A program made the translations under genes and the position numbers. This document shows, one piece after another, positions 12,986-22,581 of a stretch of 64,000 bases of DNA (positions within the stretch are counted from its first letter, which is position 1; each line of letters starts with the position of its first letter). Below the pieces are notes generated by a model. It had not been told where the DNA came from, did no database searches, and saw nothing but the letters and a program-made list of their open reading frames with translations. The stretch comes from Polyangiaceae bacterium. GTDB lineage: Bacteria > Myxococcota_A > Polyangia > Polyangiales > Polyangiaceae. Location of the stretch: positions 224,001 through 288,000 of the forward strand of contig JAPSGB010000003.1 in NCBI GenBank assembly GCA_035063585.1, written 5' to 3'.

Positions 12986-13205
12986 GACGAACGAGATGAC
13001 GCACCGCCGGTTGGGGCGGCGATAGAGCGCCAGCGAGCTCGGGCCGACTCGACCCGAGTGGAAGTATCGCCGATCCCCGAGCCATCGCAAAGCCTCCTCG
13101 CCTCCGCCGCGGGCCCCGCCCGGGCCGGGCGCTCCGGGCCAGGCCCGGTAGATGTCAGCCGAACCGTTGGCCCCGGGCCCTGCCGGTGCGGTACGCTCGG
13201 ACCGG

Positions 13206-14291
13206 ATGACGCAGCCGAGAGTTCGCCTGGGCGACCTGCTGGTCGAGGCGCGGGTCATCTCCCGCGAGCAGCTCGACGACGTGCTCGGACTCCAGCGGCG
13301 CGACGGGCGGCGGCTCGGGACGCTGCTCGTCGAGTCCGGGCTCGTCAGCGAGACGCAGGTCACGCAGATCCTGAGCCAGCAGTTCGCGGTGCCGTGGGTC
13401 TCGCTCTATCATATCGATTTCTCTCGACAGCTACTGAACCTCGTCCCGCGCGAGCTCGCCGAGCGCTACTGCCTCGTCCCCATCTTCGTGCGGCGCGTCC
13501 GCGGGCTCGGAGAGACGCTATACGTCGCGATGGACGATCCCAGCGACGAGCACGCGATCCGTGAGGTGTCCCAGGGTGCCGGCTTGCCGGTTCGCGCCAT
13601 GATCGCGCCACCCTCGGACATCAAGTCGGCCATCCGCGTGTACTACGGTGGCAGAGCGGAGAGCCCCTCGCTCTCGGAGGCCGAGGCAGGCGTGGGTCGA
13701 GCGGGCGAGGAGCGCTCGGTCGAGCCGGCCATCGCGCCCGGCGCGGCGCCCTCGGCGCAGGAGTTGGCTGGCGACGCGTTCGCGACCGAGCCGAGCGAAG
13801 CGCCAGCCGCGAGCGCTGCGGAGCCAGCGCCGGGCGCGATCGCGGCGCCGCTCGCCAGCGCGCCGCCGGCCGCGCCGCCCAGCCAACCTCCCGCGGAGCG
13901 GGCCGCTTCGGCGGTGTCGCCGTCCTACACGCCGCCGCCCGAGAGCGGGCGGGTGATGGAGTCGCGGGAGACGGCGATGCCGCGCCCGAAGGGCAGAGCG
14001 CCACGGATGATCACGCTGACGCTGCTCGACGGCACCCAGGTGAACCTCCCGGCGCGGGGAGCCAAGAAGCCGGAGCGCGTGGAGGCGAGCGGTGGCGAGC
14101 GCTCACCCGATCAGCTCACGGCGCGCGATCTGGTCGCGGCGCTGCGCGCGGTCTCCCACGGCGCCGACGCGAGTGAGATCCTCGGCGAAGACACCGGCTG
14201 GGAGAAGCTGTTCGCCGCGCTATTGGCGCTGCTCCTCAAGAAGCATCTCATCGCCGACTGGGAATTCGTCGACGAATATAAGAAGATCTAG
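13206..14291 (+). CDS. MshEN (GspE/PilB N-terminal) domain protein with no ATPase domain
   Basis: Tandem RLGDLLVEARVISREQLDDVLGLQ and RLGTLLVESGLVSETQVTQILSQQ; LYVAMDDP; Pro/Ala linker. Confidence 0.85.
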   Translation: MTQPRVRLGDLLVEARVISREQLDDVLGLQRRDGRRLGTLLVESGLVSETQVTQILSQQFAVPWVSLYHIDFSRQLLNLVPRELAERYCLVPIFVRRVRGLGETLYVAMDDPSDEHAIREVSQGAGLPVRAMIAPPSDIKSAIRVYYGGRAESPSLSEAEAGVGRAGEERSVEPAIAPGAAPSAQELAGDAFATEPSEAPAASAAEPAPGAIAAPLASAPPAAPPSQPPAERAASAVSPSYTPPPESGRVMESRETAMPRPKGRAPRMITLTLLDGTQVNLPARGAKKPERVEASGGERSPDQLTARDLVAALRAVSHGADASEILGEDTGWEKLFAALLALLLKKHLIADWEFVDEYKKI

Positions 14292-14334
14292 GGGACCCGA
14301 TGTCGCGCCCGCTCGCCCTCGGCCGGGTCGCGTG

Positions 14335-16467
14335 ATGGCGTCGTCCGAGACCTCGAGCGACCCCTCGCGGCCGAGCGGCTCTGCTCGGCTTCCCGGTCGC
14401 GGCACGAGCGACGACCTCGCGGAGAGCGGCGCGCGCGCCGTCCTCGTGCTCGCGTCTGCGCTCGTGGCCGAGACGGTGGTGCGAACGGCGCTCCGCGCCG
14501 CAGCGTTCCCGGACGTGACCACCGCGCTCCTCGAGGTATTGGGCCGCGCGGGCCGAGAGCTTGCGCTCGCCCCAGCGCTCGTCTTGGCCGACCTGCTGGT
14601 GACGCTCCTCGCGCGCGTGGCGCCGCTTCAGCGCCGGCTCGTGCCGGTCGTAAAGCGGCTCGCGGCGGGGTTTCGAGATCCGGCGGTGCTCGCCCGCGCG
14701 ACCATCGCGTTCGGGTTGGCGACCGTCCTCTTCGCGCGCACCCTCGCGCGGGGCTATCAGCTCGTCTGGCCGGTCGGCGCGCTCTTCGCGCTGTCGGTGC
14801 TCGGGGTCTGGGTGCCCGCAGAGGTCCTCGTCGCGCGGCTGCGCCGGCGCGCGCTCTCCTCGAGTCGATGGGTCGGTGCGCTCTGGGTGCTCGGGCTCGC
14901 CAGCCTGTGTTCGTGGGTGGTCGCTGCGTTCGACGTGCCCTGGGTCGCGCCGATCGCCGGGCTCACCGCGCTGCTCGCCGTGGTGCGCGCGGTGTGGTCG
15001 CGCCCTCATCTGCCCCGAGCCGCGTGGGTGCTCGTGGTCGTGCTCCTCCCCGCCGGGCTCGGGGTCGACTCGAGCCGCGGCGCGCTCCGTCGGTTCGCTT
15101 CGGCACACGCCCCCTTTGGAGAGCTCGGCGCGCGAGCGCTCCGCAAGGCAGCCGACCTCGACGGCGACGGGGACTCGGCGCTCTTCGGCCTCGACTGCGA
15201 CGATCTCGATCCCACGCGCGCGCCCACCCTCGTAGATCTGCCCGATGATGGCGTCGATCAGAACTGCACCGGGCACGATGGCTCGCTCGCGGTGGCGCTT
15301 CGTGAGCTCCGCGCGCGGGGCGAGCGCGCACCCGCCGCGCCCGCTCCGGACGCGCCGCCGCCGGTCGTTCTCATCACGGTCGATGGGCTTCGCGCCGACG
15401 TGTTTCGCGACGGCGTCACCTTCCCGAAGACCCTCGCCTGGGCGAGCCGCTGCGTGCGCTTCGAGAACGCCTACTCGAACGCGAACTCGACCGGGCAGTC
15501 GCTGCTCGCGCTCCACACCGGAATGAGCCCGCGTCACGTCCTTAGGGACGACGAGTGGGAGGTGGCCCTCGCCGATCCGGCGCACGGGAGGCTCTCGATC
15601 CCGCCGACCCTAGCCTCCCTGCTCGACGCGCACGGCTGGGCGACCTACGTCGCGTTCCCCCCGTTCCACGTCGACAACTTCTCGTTCCTCACCGGCTACG
15701 AGCTCGGCGGCACGCTGCCCGACTCGAGCGACGCGTTCTGGCCGTCGATCGACGAGACGCTCGGGCGCGCGCGGACGGCGTGGCGCGAGGCCGGCGGGCG
15801 GCCGCTCCATTTTCGCGCGCATCTCATGGATCTTCACGCGCCGTATCGCGGCGGCGAGGGGAAGGCCGGCTACCTCGCGACCGGGCGTAGCATCGACGAG
15901 AGGCTCACGCGCTTCCTCTCGGGGCTCCCCCCGGAGTCGATCGTCGTGCTGACCGCGGATCACGGCGAGGCCTTCGGTGAGCACGGCGCGTACAACCACG
16001 GAGCCACGCTCTTCCAAGAGGAGGTGCGCGTCCCGCTCGTGCTCTGCGCGCCCGCGCGCTACGGGCTCGGCGCGCCGCGGGTGGTCGATGCTCCGGTCGG
16101 GCTGGTCGATGTCCTGCCCACCCTGACCGAGCTCCTCGGCATCGCGGTCGACTATCCGCTTCACGGGCAGAGCCTGGTGCCGTACCTGCGCCGGGGGACC
16201 GCGCTCCGGCGCCCGTGGGTGTTCACGGAGAGCTGGGGTCCGTGGGGCCGCTCCCAGGCGCTCGTGCTCGGGTGCCGCAAGCGGATACAGGACTTCACCC
16301 GCGGGTGGCAGGCAGAGTTCGACGTGTGCGCGGACCCGGTGGAGACGCGCGATCTCCTGGGGCCCGGCGAGCCCGGGCTCGGCGAGCTCCTCGGGCGTGT
16401 GGTGGACTCCGACCTCGACGCCTACCGCTCGTGGCGCTTCGGGCGCGTAGTGACCGTCGCCCCGTGA
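14335..16467 (+). CDS. Membrane-anchored sulfatase/alkaline-phosphatase-superfamily protein with a MopE-like Asp/Cys repeat
   Basis: N-terminal TMs; DLDGDG..DCDD..DGVDQNC; ITVDGLRAD, DLHAPY, TADHGE, HG. Start uncertain. Confidence 0.8.
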   Translation: MASSETSSDPSRPSGSARLPGRGTSDDLAESGARAVLVLASALVAETVVRTALRAAAFPDVTTALLEVLGRAGRELALAPALVLADLLVTLLARVAPLQRRLVPVVKRLAAGFRDPAVLARATIAFGLATVLFARTLARGYQLVWPVGALFALSVLGVWVPAEVLVARLRRRALSSSRWVGALWVLGLASLCSWVVAAFDVPWVAPIAGLTALLAVVRAVWSRPHLPRAAWVLVVVLLPAGLGVDSSRGALRRFASAHAPFGELGARALRKAADLDGDGDSALFGLDCDDLDPTRAPTLVDLPDDGVDQNCTGHDGSLAVALRELRARGERAPAAPAPDAPPPVVLITVDGLRADVFRDGVTFPKTLAWASRCVRFENAYSNANSTGQSLLALHTGMSPRHVLRDDEWEVALADPAHGRLSIPPTLASLLDAHGWATYVAFPPFHVDNFSFLTGYELGGTLPDSSDAFWPSIDETLGRARTAWREAGGRPLHFRAHLMDLHAPYRGGEGKAGYLATGRSIDERLTRFLSGLPPESIVVLTADHGEAFGEHGAYNHGATLFQEEVRVPLVLCAPARYGLGAPRVVDAPVGLVDVLPTLTELLGIAVDYPLHGQSLVPYLRRGTALRRPWVFTESWGPWGRSQALVLGCRKRIQDFTRGWQAEFDVCADPVETRDLLGPGEPGLGELLGRVVDSDLDAYRSWRFGRVVTVAP

Positions 16468-16501
16468 ACGAGCGGGCGGCCTTGGCGAGCTCCGCGCGTG
16501 G

Positions 16502-17662
16502 TCAGCGCGCAGCGCCCTGGTCGATGAGCGCTTGGATCTCCTCGGGAGAGAACTGGGCGTCGGCGAGCACCGCGCGCGTGTGCTCGCCCTGGGTCGGCGC
16601 GGGGCGGGCCTGCAGCTCGCGCGGCGTGACCGGGGTCCGAAACTGACCGAAGCTGCCAGCCTCCGCCTCGACGTCGAAGAACACACCACGCGCGGCGAGC
16701 TGGGCGTCGCCACGCAGCTCGTCCGGGCGCAGCACCGCCTCGATGCAGCAGTCGTGCTCGGCGTTGAACGCCTCCCACTCCGCCCGCGTCCGCCCGGCGA
16801 TGACCTCGGCGAACCGCACCTTCAGCGCCGCTTGGTGGGGACCGGGCATGAGCATCGACATATCCACCTCGAGCCCCGCGTTGGCGCAGAATTTCATCAG
16901 GAACTTCGGCTCGAGCGCGCCGAGGGTGATCGACTCGCCGTCGCTCGTGAGGTAGGTGTTGTAGGGCGCGACGCCCCCGGTGAGAAGCTCGTTGCCGCGC
17001 TCGGGCAGCTCGCCGCCGAGCAGGCGCCCGAGCGCGACCGCCGCGAACGGGATCACCGACTCGAGCATGCCGATGTCGATGATCTTCCCCTTGCCGGTGC
17101 GATCACGCTCGCGGAGCGCGGCGAGGATCGCGATGATGCACCACATGCCGCCGCTCACGTCGGCGAGCTGGAAGCTCGGCGGGACCGGCGGGCCGTCGAG
17201 CGGCCCCATCAGGCCGAGCAGGCCCGAGCGCCCGAGGTAGTTGAGGTCGTGCCCGGCGCGATCCCGGAGCGGTCCGTTTTGGCCATAACCGGTGAGCGCG
17301 CAGATGACGAGCGAGGGGTTCTCTTCGAGGAGCGACTCGTGCGAGAGCCCGAGGCGGGCCATCACGCCGGGGCGGAACTGCTCGAAGACGACGTCGTAGC
17401 GCTTCGCGAGCCGCTTGAACGCGGCGACGCCGGCGGGGTGCTTGAGATCGAGGGCGAGGCTTCGCTTCCCGCGGTTCAGGCCCTGGAACCCGACGCTCAT
17501 CCCGCCCGCCATGGGGACGGCGGTGTGGCGCATGTAGTCGCCCATGCCGGTGTCCTCGAGCTTGTCCACCTGGGCGCCGAGATCGGCCAGCACGAGGGAG
17601 GCGAACGGCCCCGGCAGGAGGCGGGTGAGATCCAGCACCTTGAGATCGGAGAGCGCGGTCAT
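16502..17662 (-). CDS. Family III CoA-transferase (CaiB/BaiF, AMACR-like)
   Basis: KVLDLTRLLPGPF, LADLGA, NRGKRS, FRPGV, GYGQNGP, AGHDLNY. Confidence 0.95.
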   Translation of the reverse strand: MTALSDLKVLDLTRLLPGPFASLVLADLGAQVDKLEDTGMGDYMRHTAVPMAGGMSVGFQGLNRGKRSLALDLKHPAGVAAFKRLAKRYDVVFEQFRPGVMARLGLSHESLLEENPSLVICALTGYGQNGPLRDRAGHDLNYLGRSGLLGLMGPLDGPPVPPSFQLADVSGGMWCIIAILAALRERDRTGKGKIIDIGMLESVIPFAAVALGRLLGGELPERGNELLTGGVAPYNTYLTSDGESITLGALEPKFLMKFCANAGLEVDMSMLMPGPHQAALKVRFAEVIAGRTRAEWEAFNAEHDCCIEAVLRPDELRGDAQLAARGVFFDVEAEAGSFGQFRTPVTPRELQARPAPTQGEHTRAVLADAQFSPEEIQALIDQGAAR

Positions 17663-17672
17663 CGTCGGTTCC

Positions 17673-19190
17673 TCAGCGCATCCGCGCGCGGTGGGCAGCG
17701 ACCCAGGGTGGGAGGCCTCTCCGGTCCGCGCCATCGCCACTGCCGTTTCCATTCCCGCTCGGGCGCCGGGCGCGCTCGGCGCGGTACGCCGCGACGGCGA
17801 CCGCCGCCGCCACCGCCGCCCGCTCGCTCTCGGGGACGGTGGCGCCGCCGAGCAGCGTGGCCTTGTGACGCTCGATGAAGCCGGTGTCGTAATCGCCGGC
17901 GACGAACTCCGCGTGCTGAAAGAGACGCTCGTGGAAGGGCAGATTGGTGCGGATACCGCTCACCACGTACTCGGAGAGCGCCCGGCGCATGCGCTCGACC
18001 GCGCGCGCGCGATCGGGTGCCCACACCGAGAGTTTGCTGATGAGCGGATCGTAGTGTGCGCTGATGACCGCGCCCTCGTAGGTCCCGCTGTCATCGCGCA
18101 CGCCGGGCCCAGCCGGGACGCGCAGGCGCTTGATCGGCCCCGGGCTCGGCAGGAACCCGCTCGCGGGATCCTCGGCGTACACGCGGCACTCGATGGCCGC
18201 GCCGCGCCGCTCGACGTCCTTCTGCTCGAACCCGAGCCGCTCTCCGGAGGCGATCCGAAGCATCTCCCGCACCAGGTCCATCCCGGTGATGAGCTCCGTG
18301 ATCGGATGCTCCACCTGGAGGCGGGTGTTCATCTCGAGGAAGTAGAAGCTCTTGTCTTCCCCGAGTAGAAATTCGAAGGTACCCGCCGAGTAGTAGCCGA
18401 CCGCCTTCGCGCCCGCGACCGCGACCTCGCCCATGCGCCGCACGATCTCGTGATCGATGGCGGGGCAAGGGGTCTCCTCGACCACCTTCTGGTGCCGCCG
18501 CTGGATCGAGCAGTCGCGTTCGAAGAGGTGCACGATGTTGCCGTGGGTGTCGCCGAGCACCTGGATCTCGACGTGCCGCGGGCGAACGATGGCGCGCTCG
18601 AGGTAGACCGTCTCGTCGCCGAAGGCCTTCAGCGCCTCGCTCCGCGCGCGCTCGAGCGCGTGCGCGAGCTCCTCCTCCCTCTCCACCAGCCGCATGCCCT
18701 TGCCGCCGCCGCCGGCGGTCGCCTTCAGCATCACCGGGTAGCCGATGCGCGCGGCCGTCGCGCGCGCCTCCTCGATGGAGCCGGCCGCGCCGCCCGGTAC
18801 GATGGGCACCCCCGCAGCGCTCATCTTGTCGCGCGCGGCGGTCTTTAGCCCCATCGCGCGCATCGCGCTCGCGGGAGGCCCCACGAACACCACGCCGGCG
18901 CGCTCGCAGGCCTCGGCGAGCGCCGGGTTTTCCGAGAGGAAGCCGTAGCCCGGGATGAGGCCGTCACAGCCGGCGCGCTTCGCCACGTCGAGGAGTTTGT
19001 CGATCCGGAGGTAGCTCTCCGCCGCGGCGGCCGGGCCGATGCCGTGAGCCTCGTCGGCCACTCGCACGTGGAGGGCGTCGCGGTCCGGCTCGCTGTAGAC
19101 GGCCACCGATCGGATCCCCATCTCGCGCAGGGTGCGCGCGATGCGGACCGCGATCTCGCCGCGGTTGGCGATGAGCACCTTCTTCAGCAT
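17673..19190 (-). CDS. accC: Biotin carboxylase subunit of an acyl-CoA carboxylase (no biotin-carrier domain)
   Basis: KVLIANRGEIA, PGYGFLSEN, GGGGKGMR, ERDCSIQRRHQK, EMNTRLQVEH. Substrate specificity cannot be determined from sequence. Confidence 0.9.
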   Translation of the reverse strand: MLKKVLIANRGEIAVRIARTLREMGIRSVAVYSEPDRDALHVRVADEAHGIGPAAAAESYLRIDKLLDVAKRAGCDGLIPGYGFLSENPALAEACERAGVVFVGPPASAMRAMGLKTAARDKMSAAGVPIVPGGAAGSIEEARATAARIGYPVMLKATAGGGGKGMRLVEREEELAHALERARSEALKAFGDETVYLERAIVRPRHVEIQVLGDTHGNIVHLFERDCSIQRRHQKVVEETPCPAIDHEIVRRMGEVAVAGAKAVGYYSAGTFEFLLGEDKSFYFLEMNTRLQVEHPITELITGMDLVREMLRIASGERLGFEQKDVERRGAAIECRVYAEDPASGFLPSPGPIKRLRVPAGPGVRDDSGTYEGAVISAHYDPLISKLSVWAPDRARAVERMRRALSEYVVSGIRTNLPFHERLFQHAEFVAGDYDTGFIERHKATLLGGATVPESERAAVAAAVAVAAYRAERARRPSGNGNGSGDGADRRGLPPWVAAHRARMR

Positions 19191-19392
19191 GACGGCGCTT
19201 CTACCATCCTTCCCGGTCCGGAGGGAGGTGGGGCCGGGCCGGCGCGGCCGGCGGCGCGGCCCGTCCGAGCGCGCCGGCGCCCGCGCCGCGAGCGGCTCGC
19301 TCGTCGTGGTGCGCGCATGCAATATTCAACCAAATGGTTGAATACTGGCGTGGGGCTGGCGACCGCGCCTTCCTTCACTAGGCTTCGCCCTG

Positions 19393-19800
19393 ATGCTCAC
19401 GCGCCTGCTTCGTCCCAAGTCCGAGCTCTTCTTCACCGTCCTCCGCGTAGGAGCAGGGCTCATGTTCATGTGTCATGGGCTCCAGAAGCTCTTCGGCCTC
19501 CTCGGCGGGCAGTCGATGGCCGTCGGGAGCAAGCTCTGGTTCGGCGGAATCATCGAGCTTACCACCGGGCTCGCCATGACCTTCGGCTTCCTCACCACCT
19601 ACGCGGCGCTCCTCGCCGCGGCGATGATGGCGGTCGCTTACTACACGGCGCACTGGAAGCTCGCGTTCGGCACGGGCTTCTTCCCGATCGTGAACCGGGG
19701 AGAGCTCGCGGCCGTGTACCTCTTGCTCTTCCTCTACATCGGCGCGCGCGGCGCCGGTCCGTACAGCCTGGACGCGAAGCTCGCGCGCAAGCCGGGCTAG
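19393..19800 (+). CDS. DoxX family membrane protein
   Basis: LRVGAGLMFMCHGLQKL, GEL, GAGPYSLD. Confidence 0.9.
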   Translation: MLTRLLRPKSELFFTVLRVGAGLMFMCHGLQKLFGLLGGQSMAVGSKLWFGGIIELTTGLAMTFGFLTTYAALLAAAMMAVAYYTAHWKLAFGTGFFPIVNRGELAAVYLLLFLYIGARGAGPYSLDAKLARKPG

Positions 19801-19930
19801 GGCGGCGCTGCGTCGCCGCGGTGCGGCGCGCGGCGCGCCGCCGGCCGCGCCGCACCGGCACTCCAAACGAAGCGAGCCTGACCCGCAGCTCGGAAGCTGC
19901 GGGCCAGGCTCGGGGGCTCGGGGCGGTGGG

Positions 19931-21580
19931 TCAGCCCGGCGAGAACGAGATCGGGTAGACCACCGTGACGATGCCGTCTTCGGGCGCGGGGAAGCTGAGC
20001 CCGTAGTACGCGCTCACCACGCAGGAGACCACGCCGCTGTCCGGGAGATCCGAGCCGCCGTTGGCTACGTTCGACACTGCGCCGTCGCGGCCGATGACGA
20101 AGCGCACCGCGACCCGTCCCTCGAGGTTCGGGTTCCGCGCGAGGCCCTGCTCGTAGCACATGCGGAAGCGGCCGAAATTCTGGCGCACGGTGCGCTGGAT
20201 CACCTCCGGCGGCAGTCGGCCGCTCACCGTGGTCGCGCCGACCAGCCCGACCCGCGGCGCCTTCGTCTGGTGACCCTTCGCAAAGTGACCGAAGCTGTTG
20301 CCGAAGCCCGGGCCCTGGCCGAGGCCGGCGCCGTGGCCCATCCCGATGTCACCGAGGCCCACACCGACGCCGTAGCCGCCGCCACCGTCGCCGATGCCGG
20401 TGAGCCCGAGGCCGCCCGAGCCAGCCGACTCACCGAGCTCATCACCCCACATGTTGCCGTTGGCGCTCATCGGATCGGTGCCGAGCGCGTCCGCGCGGCC
20501 GAAGGGTGAGGTCGGCGCGTTGGGATCGCCCGCCAAGCCGGACGACAGGAGCCCGATCATGCCGAAGCTCTGCGCGTCCTGGCGGAGCGCCGCGCGATCC
20601 GAGAGCGCGGGGTTCGGGTTGTCCTTCGGCCCCGCGTTCGCCCAGCGCTTGCCGGTCTCGCGGGAGACGGTGCTGCCCATCTTGCCCTCTTCCTTCGCTG
20701 CGCGCTCGCCGGTGCCGCCGGTCTCTTCACGGGGGCCGTCCGCGTTCGACTCTTCCTTCACGGCGTCGCGCTCGCGCTCGGCCGCGCTCGAGAGGTACTG
20801 CTGAATGGCGTAGAGGCGATCCTGGTCCGCGCCGGCGTCGTCGGTGAGCCCGAGCGGCGGCACGAACGCCGCCATCGACGCGACCACGGCGGCCGCGCCG
20901 ACGAAGCTCGCGCCGAACGCGCTGGCGAGCGCGCGATCGATGGCCGACAGGAGCGAGCGCTTCGAGCGCTTCGCGGCCTTCACCGCCCCCACCTGGAAGA
21001 CGAAGCCGCCGAGCTCGAGGTGCGCGCGAGCGCCGAGCGTGAGCGGGAGCTCGACGCCCCCTGAGACCTCGACCGACGGCGCGCCGAGCGCGCGCGCCGC
21101 TTCCGCGGTCATGCGCGGACCACCCGGCAGGGTGACGTGGCCGGTCGCGCGGGGCGGGATGACGAGGCGAGCGCCGGCCGCGTCCGCGAGCACCAGCGGC
21201 AGGCGGGTCGCGCCGATCCGCTCCGCCGGCACGAAGCAGTCCGCGGAGGTGTGCTCGCCCTGATCCTCCCCGACCGCGTAAGCGCGCGGTGGCGACAGGT
21301 GCGCGACGCCGAGCACGCTCGCGCCCCAAGACACGCGCACGTCGATGGCCAGGGCGTCAGCGTGTTCGACCTCCGCGGACGGCACCTCGGGCCCGCTCTT
21401 CACCATCGCGTACGTGTAGGTTCCCTCGGGCGCATCGTCGGCGACGCGGAGCTCGGATCGAGCGGGCGAGGCGAACGGGTTCGAGGCGTCTCGCGCGAGC
21501 TGGGCGAGGAGCGAGAGGTTGGTTTCAGGGTGCGGAGCCGCGGCTCCGCGGGACTCCGCGGACTTGATTCGTTGGTTCAT
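19931..21580 (-). CDS. AgmX/PglI C-terminal (TonB_C-like) domain protein, GltG-like
   Basis: Single TM, Gly-rich linker, C-terminal IQRTVRQNFGRFRMCYEQGL..GRVAVRFVI..C..FPAP..VVYPI; RBS GGGGAG before ATG 21580. Confidence 0.82.
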   Translation of the reverse strand: MNQRIKSAESRGAAAPHPETNLSLLAQLARDASNPFASPARSELRVADDAPEGTYTYAMVKSGPEVPSAEVEHADALAIDVRVSWGASVLGVAHLSPPRAYAVGEDQGEHTSADCFVPAERIGATRLPLVLADAAGARLVIPPRATGHVTLPGGPRMTAEAARALGAPSVEVSGGVELPLTLGARAHLELGGFVFQVGAVKAAKRSKRSLLSAIDRALASAFGASFVGAAAVVASMAAFVPPLGLTDDAGADQDRLYAIQQYLSSAAERERDAVKEESNADGPREETGGTGERAAKEEGKMGSTVSRETGKRWANAGPKDNPNPALSDRAALRQDAQSFGMIGLLSSGLAGDPNAPTSPFGRADALGTDPMSANGNMWGDELGESAGSGGLGLTGIGDGGGGYGVGVGLGDIGMGHGAGLGQGPGFGNSFGHFAKGHQTKAPRVGLVGATTVSGRLPPEVIQRTVRQNFGRFRMCYEQGLARNPNLEGRVAVRFVIGRDGAVSNVANGGSDLPDSGVVSCVVSAYYGLSFPAPEDGIVTVVYPISFSPG

Positions 21581-21634
21581 GTCGATCTCCCCTCGCTGGG
21601 CTAGGAAAACAGCGAGCGTGTCGGGTTCAAGGAG

Positions 21635-21662
21635 TTCGACAGCGCCTCGCCCTGCGGGTTCC
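21635..21662 (-). promoter_or_regulatory. Putative ECF-sigma promoter
   Basis: Minus strand GGAAC-N17-GTCGAA about 55 nt upstream of ATG 21580; resembles sigmaE-type promoters. Confidence 0.5.
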
Positions 21663-21738
21663 CAAGATTTCTCGAGGGGGCCCGGAGGGCCGCCGGGGCG
21701 CTCGGAGCGCCCGTGAATCGAGCGCCCGCCGCCGAGGT

Positions 21739-22581
21739 TCAGCGCGGGCGCGCGGCGCGCCGCGCCGTGCGATCGAGGATCGGCGCGAGGCCGCCCCGCG
21801 GCGGCGCGGGCGGCCGCTCGGCGAAGTCGGCGCGGGCGCGCTCGACGAGCCGCGCCATCGCCGGCTCCATCGGCGCTGCGCGCCGAGCGCCGTTCAGCCG
21901 GGGCGTGCGGATCACGGCGTCGTCCACCAGGATGGCCCCCGTCGCGCCCTGTCGCGGCGAGATGAGGAGCGCCCAGAACGTGTTGCCGGTGTCGGTGGGC
22001 GTGTCGATCTCGCCGAGCACGTGGCACCAGCCGTCCGCGTCACGCTCGGGACTGGTCGCCGAGACGCGCATGGGCTGCGGAGCGCCCGAGTAGTCTGCTA
22101 GCGGCAGCACGAGGCCGCCGACCTCGTCGGCGCAGCTCCCGCTGCCCTCCGGCTTGGCGAAGAACTCGACCTCCACCGACGAGGAGTCCGGCCAGACGAA
22201 TGTGCCCAAGATGTACGCGTACTGCGTCTTCGGGACCCTCGCGCAGCGGAGGCCGTGACGACATTTCGCGCCGGTCACGATGGAGGTGTAGTCGAGGCCG
22301 AACCACGGGTACTGCATGGCGTCCGGCGCCGAGTACTCGAAATCGCCGTCGAGCAAGCAGTTGTCCGGGTCGAGCGCGCCGAAGCGCGGGCGAGTCTCGA
22401 TGGTCCGCACGCGCGCGCCGCCCTCGCCGCCGCCATCGGGCGGAGGGACGCTCGCCTCCGCGTCGGCCCCGCCGTCGGTCGGCACCACCGAGACGGTCGC
22501 GATGGGCTCGTCCGTTCCACACGCCGTGGAGGTGAGCGCCGCGCCCAGCGCGACGAGCAGCGCGAGAGGGAAGCGGTTCAT
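21739..22581 (-). CDS. Hypothetical lipoprotein with a possible carbohydrate-binding-like domain
   Basis: Signal peptide ending STAC; LLDGDFE...LVDDA pattern typical of CBM4/9-like folds; ATGA overlap with the S41 gene. Confidence 0.65.
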   Translation of the reverse strand: MNRFPLALLVALGAALTSTACGTDEPIATVSVVPTDGGADAEASVPPPDGGGEGGARVRTIETRPRFGALDPDNCLLDGDFEYSAPDAMQYPWFGLDYTSIVTGAKCRHGLRCARVPKTQYAYILGTFVWPDSSSVEVEFFAKPEGSGSCADEVGGLVLPLADYSGAPQPMRVSATSPERDADGWCHVLGEIDTPTDTGNTFWALLISPRQGATGAILVDDAVIRTPRLNGARRAAPMEPAMARLVERARADFAERPPAPPRGGLAPILDRTARRAARPR

